This document shows, piece by piece, positions 44,835 through 54,822 of a DNA stretch of 64,000 nt. Position numbers and translations under genes: made by a program. The stretch lies in sequence record NC_029103.1, one strand, 5' to 3'. The notes under the pieces were generated by a model. The model was given only the letters and a program-made list of their open reading frames with translations, was not told the origin of the DNA and did not search any database. Numbering within the stretch: position 1 is the first letter of the stretch; each line of letters starts with the position of its first letter.

Positions 44835-45140
44835 ATGGGAATATTAGAAGAAGTCCAAAACGCACTATCCTACTACCAGAGGACTGCCGTCGATGAAAAC
44901 GACACATTATACCTGCATAACATATATTCCCAACTATACTACATTCTATCAGTAGAGAATAGACCTCTGAATAGTGACGAATTCGACAATCTATTGAAAG
45001 CGTTAGGGATAAACGATACCACGATGTTAGTCCAAGAGTACCAGAACCTATCCGAAGACCAGAAAAAGCAACTGTTGATGCAAATACTGGGAATGATAGA
45101 GAACGTTATGAGAAATATACACACTATGACTAACTACTAA
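44835..45140 (+). CDS. Small helical protein
   Basis: 101 aa with own promoter. Confidence 0.7.
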   Translation: MGILEEVQNALSYYQRTAVDENDTLYLHNIYSQLYYILSVENRPLNSDEFDNLLKALGINDTTMLVQEYQNLSEDQKKQLLMQILGMIENVMRNIHTMTNY

Positions 45141-45266
45141 TTCTCTCGAAACTCATTCTTTTAAAGCCAATATTATTTTTCATTATTTTTCATCTCTCAT
45201 GTTAACTCTTGTTTCAGATCATGCGGGAAGTCGTAGTTTTTAAACAAACTAGGACAAGATGATAGT

Positions 45267-45962
45267 ATGAATCCGTTTAGTGTGAACCCACCTACAATTG
45301 AAATGACACTATTCCCATTAGGCAGTTTACTAGTTGTAGTCATAACTACGTTATTAATGTATATTCTATACATTACAATAAAAAAATGTGAATCTAAAAT
45401 AACATGTCGTGAGAAATTAAGTCCTGGAATGATTGAGTTAAAATCGGTGATTGCTGTCATGCCACGCTTCTTTTTATTTTTTGTAGTAATGACTTCACCA
45501 TTATCTATCTTAACTATGTCTACTATGATGTCTATAGCATTCGTCATAGGTTCGCTACTAGGCAAGATACGGAGTACTCTACCTGCTGATGTTGAAATTC
45601 TGGTCTCTTTTCTGTTTTTTGTTGTTAATATTATACTTGTGCATTATTTCTTTAGCAAATACGGTTCTGCATATAAATTACCATTTGTAGTTTTCAGAAG
45701 AAATGACATCAAACAGTATTTTAAAAGGCACAAAGACCTTCGTATTAAACTCCTTTTTATATATATGGTATTAGCATCGGGTTCTGTAACATATGGCATA
45801 ACAATTTTCAACCTTTTAACGAATCTCGCAACTTCACGTTCAATTATATCAACAATTGATACAAGCATAGTTATTACACTACTACTCGTTTATGTCATAT
45901 TTAACAAAAAATATGAGAATGTTTTCAAGCTTGCGAAAAAAATATTTGGAATAAAGGAGTGA
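45267..45962 (+). CDS. Multi-pass membrane protein, paralogue of 41798..42448
   Basis: Shared motifs and hydrophobicity. Confidence 0.75.
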   Translation: MNPFSVNPPTIEMTLFPLGSLLVVVITTLLMYILYITIKKCESKITCREKLSPGMIELKSVIAVMPRFFLFFVVMTSPLSILTMSTMMSIAFVIGSLLGKIRSTLPADVEILVSFLFFVVNIILVHYFFSKYGSAYKLPFVVFRRNDIKQYFKRHKDLRIKLLFIYMVLASGSVTYGITIFNLLTNLATSRSIISTIDTSIVITLLLVYVIFNKKYENVFKLAKKIFGIKE

Positions 45963-45993
45963 ACTTCTTTAAATTGGAAGGAGGTCTAAGCCT

Positions 45994-46753
45994 ATGAGAG
46001 TTGAACTTGTATCATATACAAAAGACGGAGAAAAGATAATTGCGATAGCCTCAAAGATGAGTAGGTCTAGGAAGGGTTGGGACTATCACTGGCAAAATAT
46101 GACCGATGAAGAAATAGAGGAATGGATAAGGGATGCAATAGTTCACGGATATTGGTCTGTGCTTGAACACAGTGTATACACTTTCTCGCTTGAAGGTATT
46201 TCAAGAGTAGCGTCACACCAATTGGTCAGGCACCGTATCGCTTCGTATACTCAAATGAGTCATCGCTTTGCAAAAACCAGTCGATGAATATTATCAGCCT
46301 GTTATACCGCCTTCTACTAAGAATCGGGCTAGGCAAACTGTAGAGGAAGCGTATAGAGAAGCATATAACCACTATTATAAACTCCTAGAAGCTGGTGTAC
46401 CTGAAGAAGATGCCCGTTACGTTTTACCGAACGGTGTCAACACGAACATTGTTGTGACCATGAACGCACGAGAACTTTACAACTTCTTTGCCCTGCGTTT
46501 GTGTTCAAGGACACAGTGGGAGATACGTCAGGTGGCGTGGAAGATGCTCGAAGAAGTGAAGAAAGTACATCCTAGACTATTCCGTTATGCTGGGGCTAAC
46601 TGTATTATCCACGAGAACTTTATACGTGACACGCCGATAACCCTAGACGAACTTAACGAGAAGACGGAGTTTATATCGATGCGTTGTATAGAAGGAGTCC
46701 CGAAAGAAGGGATTTATAAATGTATACAAAACGCAAGAACTCGTTCTAGTTAA
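45994..46753 (+). CDS. thyX: Flavin-dependent thymidylate synthase; single-base frameshift in an A5 run near 46272-46276
   Basis: HWSVLEH-like GYWSVLEH, RHRxxSxxQxSxR-type motif ([13 protein letters not shown]), [17 protein letters not shown]. Confidence 0.93.
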
Positions 46754-47005
46754 CGAATAAGTCTAATTTTTCCTTTTCTTTTCTCCGTTTTTCATTAGTC
46801 AAGTTCTAGGGTGAAGGGGCAACTACTAATTCTAACAGCTGTTTGAGAGTGAACGAAAGACCGACCCCTTAAAACCGAACTTTTCCGTGCAGGTAGGAAC
46901 CCAGACATGGTGGATACGGATATGTTTTCAGATAGTTGTTCCACGCCTTCTTTTCGTCTCCAGGGTTTCTCATCTCCTCCACCAGCTTCCTAACNANGNC
47001 TTTAT

Positions 47006-47455
47006 TTAGTAGAATTCGGTATAACTATAGTNCCTTTCCTTGTTACATATTATGTCGTCTCCCTTAATTTTCTCAATCTTATTGCAGAAAACGAACAGTA
47101 TATTGTCACTCATGAAAGCCTTCACATTCTCTGAAGTGATCCTAAGTTCAATAGGAATAACTGTATTGTTCTCTTCGAGTACTAAGCCACAAAACACTAC
47201 ACATTTATCTTTATCTTCATCCCTGAAAAGGTGCAGTGAAATTAGTATACGTGGGTTTTCAGAGAAGGGAATATCTCCAAAGTATACTATTGCCGGGGTA
47301 CCCTCTNCAGTCTCTCTAACGAAAGGTATGCGTAAGCCTAGATTATTTATTGCTACCCTGAGTTCGTCCGGATTTTCAGTATTGNNAAAACTAAATTTCA
47401 TTTCTATCAGACCCCAATACAATCTCTTCATTTGATTTTCTTTTAAAGCCAACAA
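47006..47455 (-). CDS. Hypothetical protein, probably extending to ~46870 across indels
   Basis: 149-aa ORF; coding-like continuation RKLVEEMRNP.. Confidence 0.5.
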   Translation of the reverse strand: MLALKENQMKRLYWGLIEMKFSFXNTENPDELRVAINNLGLRIPFVRETXEGTPAIVYFGDIPFSENPRILISLHLFRDEDKDKCVVFCGLVLEENNTVIPIELRITSENVKAFMSDNILFVFCNKIEKIKGDDIICNKERXYSYTEFY

Positions 47456-47900
47456 GTAGAAATATTGTANNANNANTAATATTTTATTTACCCCGTTTAT
47501 ATCTGTGGTTCTTTTTTATACNAGTAGCGATATTTTATTTACGTAGATATTTATTGAGACAGTTCTTATATTTANAGTGATATTTTCCCTATCAAATTTT
47601 ATTCTATGCTACGAGTNATAATAATATCTCTCACTTGTAAAAGATTTTCAATAATAATATTTTACATGTTTTGTTTTTGCTCAATAACATGCCAAATTCT
47701 CAAAATGTTTCGATTTTNNTAGCCAAACTATTTGGTTGAGGGAAATCGTGAATACGTAGAACTATGGTTAAGGTAAATTAAGCAGTTTTGAAGGACTGGG
47801 AACTAACCTATTATACTAATTAAATATAAACAAAAACATATTTTCAAAAAGCCGACTTCTTCCCCTGCCANGGCAGGTCTTTCAGTCCCTGGCACTGAAT

Positions 47901-48947
47901 CTATGATGAATGCGTCAACCGTATCTTGAAACTGTGAACGCGGGGATGTTTAAACACCAGAGTCCTCAGGACATTGTATGTAAGCTTTTTGACATGCCTC
48001 TCTTTTCTGTATGTATACTCTACAATAAAGCGACCAAAACCTATTTTGTAGTCTTGTTGTTTTTTCTTTTTCTTCTCTTCTGACTTAGATTTTGCATCAA
48101 ACTTCGGAAAAGCCTCATAAACCTCTCTTGCCTCTTTCCTACGTTGTTTTTTCTTTTTCTTCTCTTCTGACTTAGATTTTGCATCAAACTTCGGAAAAGC
48201 CTCATAAACCTCTCTTGCCTCTTTCCTGCGGTTGTCTCTTAGGAGAAGCAGTATTACTGCTATTTTGATAACGTGTATATTATTGATTTTTGAGAACTTA
48301 TCAAGTAGATTTAGGTAGCCGTACTTATGCAGAAGATTGTATTTGTACTCTTCTATGAACTTTCTGCGTATTTCTGCTTTCGCTTTTATTTCAGCTTCTG
48401 ATAAATACAGTTTATGATTTAAAATATAATTCAAATTCTTTATCGTATTGGATAGTTTTTGTCTTGCGTTATCCTCATCGTCCTGAGTGAAATTCAGAAT
48501 AATTGGTATGACAGAGTCAAATTCAACGTTACAGTACTTTATAGCAAAAGCACCGATGATATACAGCTTTCCTCTTATTTTGTTGTTGGCAATTACTTTT
48601 TCTGCAATTGTTGTAAAGAGAGCTTTTTGTGTAGAATTTGTAATTAAAATAGATAGTCTATACGCGAACGTATAGTAATTTTGTTTTCTTTCAAAAAACT
48701 TTGTAGGAAGAGTACCAATACCTCGGTTTGGTAAGAGAGCGTAATGGTGTTGGTAATGAGAATAGAGTTTATCGGCTTTAGATTCTTTTTCTAGTCCTTC
48801 CGTGTTAGTAACTAAAAACATGTCGTAGTCATAGTCAATAACTTCCCCCGTATCCGCACAGACGGTGTAGATACCGTCTGTGATGATTTCTTTACAATTG
48901 TCTGTTTGAGTTAGACTGATTTGGTTATGAACGATAGCTTCTGTCAT
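47901..48947 (-). CDS. Divergent TFB/TFIIB-like protein (Zn ribbon plus cyclin-like helices, basic C-terminal extension)
   Basis: C..IITDGIYTVCADTGEVI resembles the TFB Zn ribbon; RL..L..A.K...IRGK...A....C resembles TFB core repeat 1. Confidence 0.55.
   Translation of the reverse strand: MTEAIVHNQISLTQTDNCKEIITDGIYTVCADTGEVIDYDYDMFLVTNTEGLEKESKADKLYSHYQHHYALLPNRGIGTLPTKFFERKQNYYTFAYRLSILITNSTQKALFTTIAEKVIANNKIRGKLYIIGAFAIKYCNVEFDSVIPIILNFTQDDEDNARQKLSNTIKNLNYILNHKLYLSEAEIKAKAEIRRKFIEEYKYNLLHKYGYLNLLDKFSKINNIHVIKIAVILLLLRDNRRKEAREVYEAFPKFDAKSKSEEKKKKKQRRKEAREVYEAFPKFDAKSKSEEKKKKKQQDYKIGFGRFIVEYTYRKERHVKKLTYNVLRTLVFKHPRVHSFKIRLTHSS
48056..48229. repeat. 87-bp tandem duplication (RRKEAREVYEAFPKFDAKSKSEEKKKKKQ x2)
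   Basis: Units start at 48056 and 48143. Confidence 0.95.
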
Positions 48948-49134
48948 ACTGAGTCTCAGTCATAAACAGCTGTTTAAAAATATTTAACACCATTAACAGG
49001 GTAGTATCCTTGACAAAACAAACGGCAAGCATAGCCCCTTCTAGGGGAGGACGTCAGACGGAGCTAATTATCCTTGAGAAAGAATACAAGAAGATGATGA
49101 GGAAAAAAGGCAGGGTAAAAATTAATTTGATTTA

Positions 49135-49374
49135 CTATTTCTTCTGACTTATATACTCTAGTACTTTCTTTAAATGTAAGTCTTGTTTCTCTCTATTGCT
49201 TATTTCCAAGGCTATTTTTATTGCCCTTAACAATGTGTCCCTTTGCTTTCTCAGTTTTTCGTTTTCTCTTTCGAGTCTTTCTATCTTTTTCTCTAAGACT
49301 GTTATGGTATCTAGTGCCTTTCTATATTCAATTTCTAGTTCTGTATTTCTCTGAATGATGTCTTTTATTGTCAT
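49135..49374 (-). CDS. Coiled-coil protein
   Basis: Heptad region LEKKIERLERENEKLRKQ; start MTIKD fits TATA/B-box spacing. Confidence 0.65.
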   Translation of the reverse strand: MTIKDIIQRNTELEIEYRKALDTITVLEKKIERLERENEKLRKQRDTLLRAIKIALEISNREKQDLHLKKVLEYISQKK

Positions 49375-49564
49375 GTTATTCCCTAGTCTATATGTTTTTA
49401 GTTGATATTTTAAGCTTTCTGTCAAACGAGTTAGGATGATACTGAGGGTAAGAAAGAGAAGTGGAAATAGACATTAGAAGAAGGAGAGAGAAATGGATTA
49501 GGTTAGGGGCTAAAAATAGAAAGGATAAAATAAAAAATAACGTAACTTGGTACCGTTATAACCG

Positions 49565-49741
49565 TTATAACCTTATTTTCTCTACTTTAGCAACAGGAAC
49601 GTTCTCTTTTTCTAATTCTCTCCTTACAAAATCCTTGATTGCTACTCTGATAGCTTCTGACCTATACATGTTATTTCTTATTGCATATCTGTCTAATAGT
49701 TCCAATAGGTCTTCTTCTACCTTAAATGTTACGACTCTCAT
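49565..49741 (-). CDS. aCcr1: 58-aa ribbon-helix-helix repressor, aCcr1 (cell-cycle regulator) homologue; absent from the ORF track
   Basis: Hand translation: [58 protein letters not shown]; length and pattern match recalled aCcr1. Confidence 0.85.
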   Translation of the reverse strand: MRVVTFKVEEDLLELLDRYAIRNNMYRSEAIRVAIKDFVRRELEKENVPVAKVEKIRL

Positions 49742-49755
49742 TTTTCCCCGGTTTA

Positions 49756-49764
49756 AGTATTACT
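49756..49764. promoter_or_regulatory. 9-bp palindromic box between TATA and ATG of the aCcr1-like gene; probable autoregulatory aCcr1 box
   Basis: AGTATTACT; TATA at 49774-49780 (minus). Confidence 0.5.
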
Positions 49765-49912
49765 CTTGGTTGGTATTTAAGCTTTCTGGCTAACGAGTTA
49801 GGACGAAAGGGCGAGACGGTTAGAATGACTCTGTATAACAGCTGTTTCATAAAAAATGGGGGTTCAAAGCAGGTGGAAAGCCTCGTCCCTTAGTGCTGGG
49901 TAGCTCAATTGG

Positions 49913-50164
49913 TTAAGAGGACAAAAGTTCACGCTCTAACTTGTCTAATTTGTCCCTCGCAGTATCAATAATATATCCTACTTGGTTTTCCATCGAATCT
50001 ATGAGGTCTTCCACCACATTATCTTCTACTTTGTAATGTTTACCGTTAATTTTTACGTTTTTCCCTTCAATACGAATAAAGTAATCATGTGACTTTACCC
50101 CTGATTGCAAAACCAATTTTATTACGTCAGATAGAATCTGTCTTGAATATTTATTGAAATCCAT
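49913..50164 (-). CDS. Hypothetical protein
   Basis: 83-aa ORF. Confidence 0.6.
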   Translation of the reverse strand: MDFNKYSRQILSDVIKLVLQSGVKSHDYFIRIEGKNVKINGKHYKVEDNVVEDLIDSMENQVGYIIDTARDKLDKLERELLSS

Positions 50165-50226
50165 CTTAATTTTGAAAACTTCTTCAGGTTCACCGTCACT
50201 TTTTCTTTTTTTAATAGTGAGCGATT

Positions 50227-50820
50227 TTAGAAGAGAATAAAAACACTATAAATGTATTCTGGAGAATCTGCCTCATAGAAATGTAACTTAGGGGTTCTAT
50301 GCCTGTATGCATAATCTATGAAAACTTTATCAAAATCTAACGTAAAATGATGGGATGAGAAATCTTTTTTGATATAGGAGAGTATTGTATGTACAAGTTT
50401 GCCTATTAAATTTGACATTTTATTTTTGTCTGCTTCCATCTCTTCCCCGTTAACGTTTAGTACAAAGATATCTTCAACAAATTTTTTCATAACGTATTTT
50501 AACTCCACTGAATTACCAAACTCGCTTAAAATCTTCCCAATCTGCTTTGAAAGATTAGAGTTATCGGTATTCTTATTAACCAGTTCAAAGTTTCCCGAAA
50601 AGCGGTCTTCTATGCTTACCTTATAACCAGTCTGGTTTATAGTGAATGTAACGCTACCTCCAAGGTAATTTAACCTAAGGGTTAATATCTCTCCTGGAAC
50701 TTTGTTGTAGCGGATATAAGATCCAAGCACATTGTTACTTAACAAATGCTCATTTTCCGTCAGTTCCTGTTCCTTCTTTTCCTTTTCGCCCCAGAACTCC
50801 TGAGACATTCTGCCCTCCAT
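50227..50820 (-). CDS. Hypothetical protein
   Basis: 197-aa ORF with palindrome promoter. Confidence 0.7.
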   Translation of the reverse strand: MEGRMSQEFWGEKEKKEQELTENEHLLSNNVLGSYIRYNKVPGEILTLRLNYLGGSVTFTINQTGYKVSIEDRFSGNFELVNKNTDNSNLSKQIGKILSEFGNSVELKYVMKKFVEDIFVLNVNGEEMEADKNKMSNLIGKLVHTILSYIKKDFSSHHFTLDFDKVFIDYAYRHRTPKLHFYEADSPEYIYSVFILF

Positions 50821-51005
50821 TTTATACTCTCAAACAGCTGTTTAAAAATGTTCTGCCATGAACCGCAGGGTAGCACGAATGATTTCCTCACTGATTGAAA
50901 ACCTTAGGTATCAAGGAGCTGAGAAAAAGAGTGTAAAGCAAAGGAAAGAACGGAGCGAATAATATAAAAATAAGAAATGTATAATATAGGGGGAGGGGAA
51001 AAGAG

Positions 51006-51689
51006 GTGGGTCGTTCAATCAATATATCTTCTTCGGAGGTTAATAAACCTTTTGCTCAAATAATTTATGATGTAAAGGGAGAAATTATAAGGACTTTTGG
51101 AATTTTGAGGAAAAAATTACTCGGAGTAAAGGACGTAATCGACCTTATAAACATACCGGCGTGGATAAAATCGCGTCTAAAGGACGAGAACGGTAGTGTA
51201 GAAGTATTAGAAGAAGGATACGGGAATAGAATACTCATAATTAAACTGGAGGATCCAGTGACCGATGACTGGACTAAGAAACAGAGAAAAACGGCTTTCG
51301 TTATCTATTTCTCATTTCAAACTTCAAAGCCCGTCGTACCTGCTCAACTACCATGGAAACTCAATCAGATCTACAAAATTGTCAATAAACTGCGAGCCAA
51401 AGGTTATCATGTTTTCCCTGGAATCGTTGCTTTTTCATTCACTCAAGGAGCCAAAGAAATACTAAAGAAACATAAAGTAGAAGCATTTACAACGCTGGAC
51501 TCGGTAAAACAATGGATATATAACAAGATAATTTTCAGATTACAAAAATTAGTTGAAATAGCAAAATTCACATTTAAATTTGACAAGATATTTGTCTTTC
51601 TCAGGTCGATCATTCAGGAGCTGGGCTATGATATCCCAGACCAGCTCCTTGAAGTTTGGGCATTAAAGCCCAAGTTCCCGGAGCGTTGA
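51006..51689 (+). CDS. Basic protein, possibly restriction-endonuclease-like fold; flanks the putative origin
   Basis: GIVAFSFTQGAKE..K..V resembles Mrr-type REase C-termini; no clear catalytic motif. Confidence 0.45.
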   Translation: MGRSINISSSEVNKPFAQIIYDVKGEIIRTFGILRKKLLGVKDVIDLINIPAWIKSRLKDENGSVEVLEEGYGNRILIIKLEDPVTDDWTKKQRKTAFVIYFSFQTSKPVVPAQLPWKLNQIYKIVNKLRAKGYHVFPGIVAFSFTQGAKEILKKHKVEAFTTLDSVKQWIYNKIIFRLQKLVEIAKFTFKFDKIFVFLRSIIQELGYDIPDQLLEVWALKPKFPER

Positions 51690-52311
51690 AAAAGGCAGAG
51701 GGTCTGTCATCTAATTCTATCAACTATTTTTCTCAGTCTTGTAATAAATATTCAGAGGACATTAAACTTCAAAATTAATTTCAAAATAATTCTTCTACCT
51801 TTTATAAAATTCTTTACAATTCAATCTTGTAAAGTTGTGACTTATTACAAAATTTTCACATAGAACTACACTATTTTCATTTTATTTCTTTATATTAACA
51901 GAAACTCTGGAAAGACGTGAACAGAAATAAATTACAATTATTAAGGGAATGAACAGATATTTTTCCTAAAATAACGTGTTTTATAAAGAGAAATTTTTAG
52001 GATAAGGGCAAAAATTAACGACGTGAACAGAACCAGGGTGACTGTTGCACGTATATAGTATACTGTAAAAGTAACTATATCTAATAATCTAATCTAATAT
52101 AAGGAACTACTAGGACGAGCTACTGCAAAGTACGTAGTTTTTAGTAAAGGCAGTACACACTACAGCACACCACTGTACGCTACAGCACTCCAACCTGGCT
52201 TTAACACACCCTTACTTTTTGTTTATTATATTAAGGGGTTAATTTCGCCGAGTTGTTACTTTTTCACTAAGTCTCTTAGTCTAGTGATAAAAATTAGGAT
52301 AAAGTTATAAA
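51690..52311. other. Long AT-rich non-coding region, putative replication origin
   Basis: No ORF of 60 aa or more; repeated TTACAA/TTGTAA in both orientations; GACGTGAACAGA twice. Confidence 0.4.
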
Positions 52312-52605
52312 TTGAGTTTTGCATATATTCAAATTATGAAAAACATTTCGGGAAACAAGTATAATAATACTATTGCTCCTATGACAGAGGAAGAGTACGT
52401 AAAAGCGAGGGAATTCTATAAGTTTCTAGTAAGTATAACCAAGTGCAACAATGGGATCTTGACAATCGACAGGGAGAAGCTGATCGATATTGCATCTGCT
52501 TATATGGACTGTACTCCCATTGAGGCATACAACATACTGCTGAAGATGAAATCTTACGGCTGGGTAATTGCTTTAGATAAAGACTACATTGCAGTTAAGG
52601 TCTGA
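52312..52605 (+). CDS. Probable winged-helix protein
   Basis: Helix-helix..AYNILLKMKSYGWV..YI wing pattern. Confidence 0.5.
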   Translation: MSFAYIQIMKNISGNKYNNTIAPMTEEEYVKAREFYKFLVSITKCNNGILTIDREKLIDIASAYMDCTPIEAYNILLKMKSYGWVIALDKDYIAVKV

Positions 52606-52972
52606 CTTTCTTTTCGCGAGTGTTCTCCGCTCGGTTCTGTCTCAGCGGGCTGAGGTTGTCTGGCTATCCCTAAAACAGCTGTTTGTGGATTCATTTTCAT
52701 GATCATCCCAGCTCACTCGCCAAACTTGTATCGCCCTTTTTTGAATCATTAACTTTTTATCTGAATTTAACTTAGATTTAAACTGACCCATATATCACAC
52801 CTCTTTTTTCTGATTTGTGACGAAGACGGAAAAACGGATTATGACGAGAGGAGTCCCAACATCCTCCTCTCCTTTTCCATATTTTCTTAATATTCGAGCT
52901 TCCCGTCGCGGTTCTGTCCAACTCGTTAGAGATTTAAATAACAGCATGGAGGAGTAGAAACTGGGGTTTAAG

Positions 52973-53563
52973 ATGATATTAGCAATAGGCTATAACCCAA
53001 TAATCGAGAAACTTCAAGACATCACTGGTTACATAATATACCCAAGGTTCTTCGACGACAAGAAGACATTACTCATAGACAGGAATTATAAGAGATACCT
53101 TAAGGAGCTTTGGTTTAACAAGAACAGGATAGAAGTAGCGTTGTACCCTGACAATATTGACTACCTCCTTCCAGTCCCAAAGGACATAACTTACGTCGTT
53201 CCTATTCATACCCTGAGTCAGTTAGAAATTGCCGACAAGCTTACGGAAAATAACTATAAGGTGATAACTGGGTACGCCTCAGACCAGAAGTACAGGGACT
53301 ATACCATTGACGACTTCATCAAGGCGTCTAAATACAAGAATTGGTACCTGGGCATTTCCACCAAACATGAGCTGAAAGAAGCCATGCTCTATTCATTCGA
53401 TTACGGAGACATCACGTTAATGTTGCTCGGTAGATTCCAGCAGTTAAAGGACATTAACTACGTGAGGAGGAAGCTGAAAGAACTGTCACAACTGGTAAGC
53501 AGGCATGGAAAACAACTTACTCTGTTCGATTTTTCACAAAGCAACGGCACCTCGAACCTCTAG
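52973..53563 (+). CDS. Hypothetical alpha/beta protein, possibly TGT/DpdA-like barrel
   Basis: ALYPD, WYLG and DYGD motifs; weak. Confidence 0.35.
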   Translation: MILAIGYNPIIEKLQDITGYIIYPRFFDDKKTLLIDRNYKRYLKELWFNKNRIEVALYPDNIDYLLPVPKDITYVVPIHTLSQLEIADKLTENNYKVITGYASDQKYRDYTIDDFIKASKYKNWYLGISTKHELKEAMLYSFDYGDITLMLLGRFQQLKDINYVRRKLKELSQLVSRHGKQLTLFDFSQSNGTSNL

Positions 53564-53700
53564 CGGGTTTTTTATCATACTCTCTCCTAAACAGCTGTTT
53601 TAGAGTTTCTGCTCACCTGCTCGCCCGTCGCAGTTCTGCTAACCTGTTAGGCAGAAAATTTATATACCAGACTGCAAAGAGTATAAGTGGGGATAAAAAA

Positions 53701-54159
53701 ATGTCAACCCCACAAACACAAACCCAACCTCAAACCCAAGCACAAATTCCAAGATACGAGAACTGTCTTCTTGTCACGAGGCATAAGCTCTTAGAACAAC
53801 AGGAAGAAGACCTAATGAAAATTTGTAATAAGGTGTCAAGAGTGGAAATGCTCCCTGTAGATCTCAATGAACTAAAGAGAACGGTGGATTTCTATGATGC
53901 AGTGATTGGAATAGTTCCTTTACCGCTCCAAGTACAAATATTACAAATGAAGAAACCGGTTTTGCTTTTCGAAATGATAGCAATAGGTACAGCAAAAACA
54001 CATGAGGAAGCGGAAGAGATGTTAGCAAAGACAGGGAAGCAAGGGATAATCCTTCCCCCAGTACGTAGCGGAGAACCGTTCCGGGTATCAGTATATAAGG
54101 GAGTGATCTTGGTGAAAGAAATAAAAGTTGTTGATGAACCAATCATACAACACTGGTAA
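53701..54159 (+). CDS. Candidate Csx16/Csx20-like protein (possible cOA ring nuclease)
   Basis: LLVTRHKLLEQQEEDL and DAVIGIVPLPL resemble the recalled SRH/SH.L..Q and D.VIG.LP..L motifs. Confidence 0.45.
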   Translation: MSTPQTQTQPQTQAQIPRYENCLLVTRHKLLEQQEEDLMKICNKVSRVEMLPVDLNELKRTVDFYDAVIGIVPLPLQVQILQMKKPVLLFEMIAIGTAKTHEEAEEMLAKTGKQGIILPPVRSGEPFRVSVYKGVILVKEIKVVDEPIIQHW

Positions 54160-54168
54160 GTGATCAAG

Positions 54169-54312
54169 ATGAACTGCCTAGAATACTTGAGCGAAAAATA
54201 TAACCTAAGGGGCTATAGTCCCGATACATATCTAATTTTGATAGAAGCAACAAATTTGTCACCAGATGAGTGCGAAAGCTTATTTGCCTATGCAGAAGCC
54301 ACATACGGTTAA
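54169..54312 (+). CDS. 47-aa protein absent from the ORF track
   Basis: MNCLEYLSEKYNLRGYSPDTYLILIEATNLSPDECESLFAYAEATYG; follows 53701..54159, ends before a T-tract. Confidence 0.55.
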   Translation: MNCLEYLSEKYNLRGYSPDTYLILIEATNLSPDECESLFAYAEATYG

Positions 54313-54468
54313 AAGCCAGCCCGTTTTTTTATGCTCTGCTCTCTCAAACAGCTGTTTGAGAATTTTAGCTTGCCTGCCCGCTCCTGCCCGCTCGGATGTT
54401 TCTTCATAACCTGTTAGGCAGAAAATTTATATATCAAACCGACGAAGTATAAATGTGGTGGTAATATA

Positions 54469-54822
54469 ATGAGATGTTTTAAGGTTCAGGAGGTAATTTG
54501 CGTAGATGAAGAAGAAAAGATCATGATAAACCTTACAAGGAGAAAATATAAAATTTTAAAGGACGAGGAATACTTCAAATTAATAGAGGAGTTAGAGAAG
54601 TACGGTAAAGAGTTAGAAGTTTTCGTCATAGCAGATCATCGGTACTTTCCAAGGACTTATTATGCTATTTATAGTATCAAGGTCGGTACANCNATATACT
54701 ANTATTTTNTGGANNTTTANGACGGTAGNAGTGCANNNTATTCNTATNNTTTNTGNAAGNNAAGNAANGAATGNGAGAGTANCATTAATGACTTAGAAGA
54801 AGANAACATAGCGATGNNNTAA
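54469..54822 (+). CDS. Hypothetical protein, paralogue of 54873..55340
   Basis: Shared Y[FY]PRTYY.IY motif. Confidence 0.65.
   Translation: MRCFKVQEVICVDEEEKIMINLTRRKYKILKDEEYFKLIEELEKYGKELEVFVIADHRYFPRTYYAIYSIKVGTXIYXYFXXXXDGXSAXYXYXXXKXXXEXESXINDLEEXNIAMX

Noticed and set aside
46262-46290. Programmed frameshift in thyX
   Set aside because: One extra A in an A5 run restores FAKPVDEY; similar indels occur throughout this consensus, so an artefact is more likely
47456-47850. Second origin or ncRNA in an AT-rich gap
   Set aside because: N-rich, with coding-like minus-strand stretches; more likely a broken ORF
49893-49920. tRNA-like 5' half (GGGTAGCTCAATTGGTTAAGAG) as an attP
   Set aside because: No anticodon or T arm follows; better explained as an IS605 right-end remnant abutting the stop codon of 49913..50164
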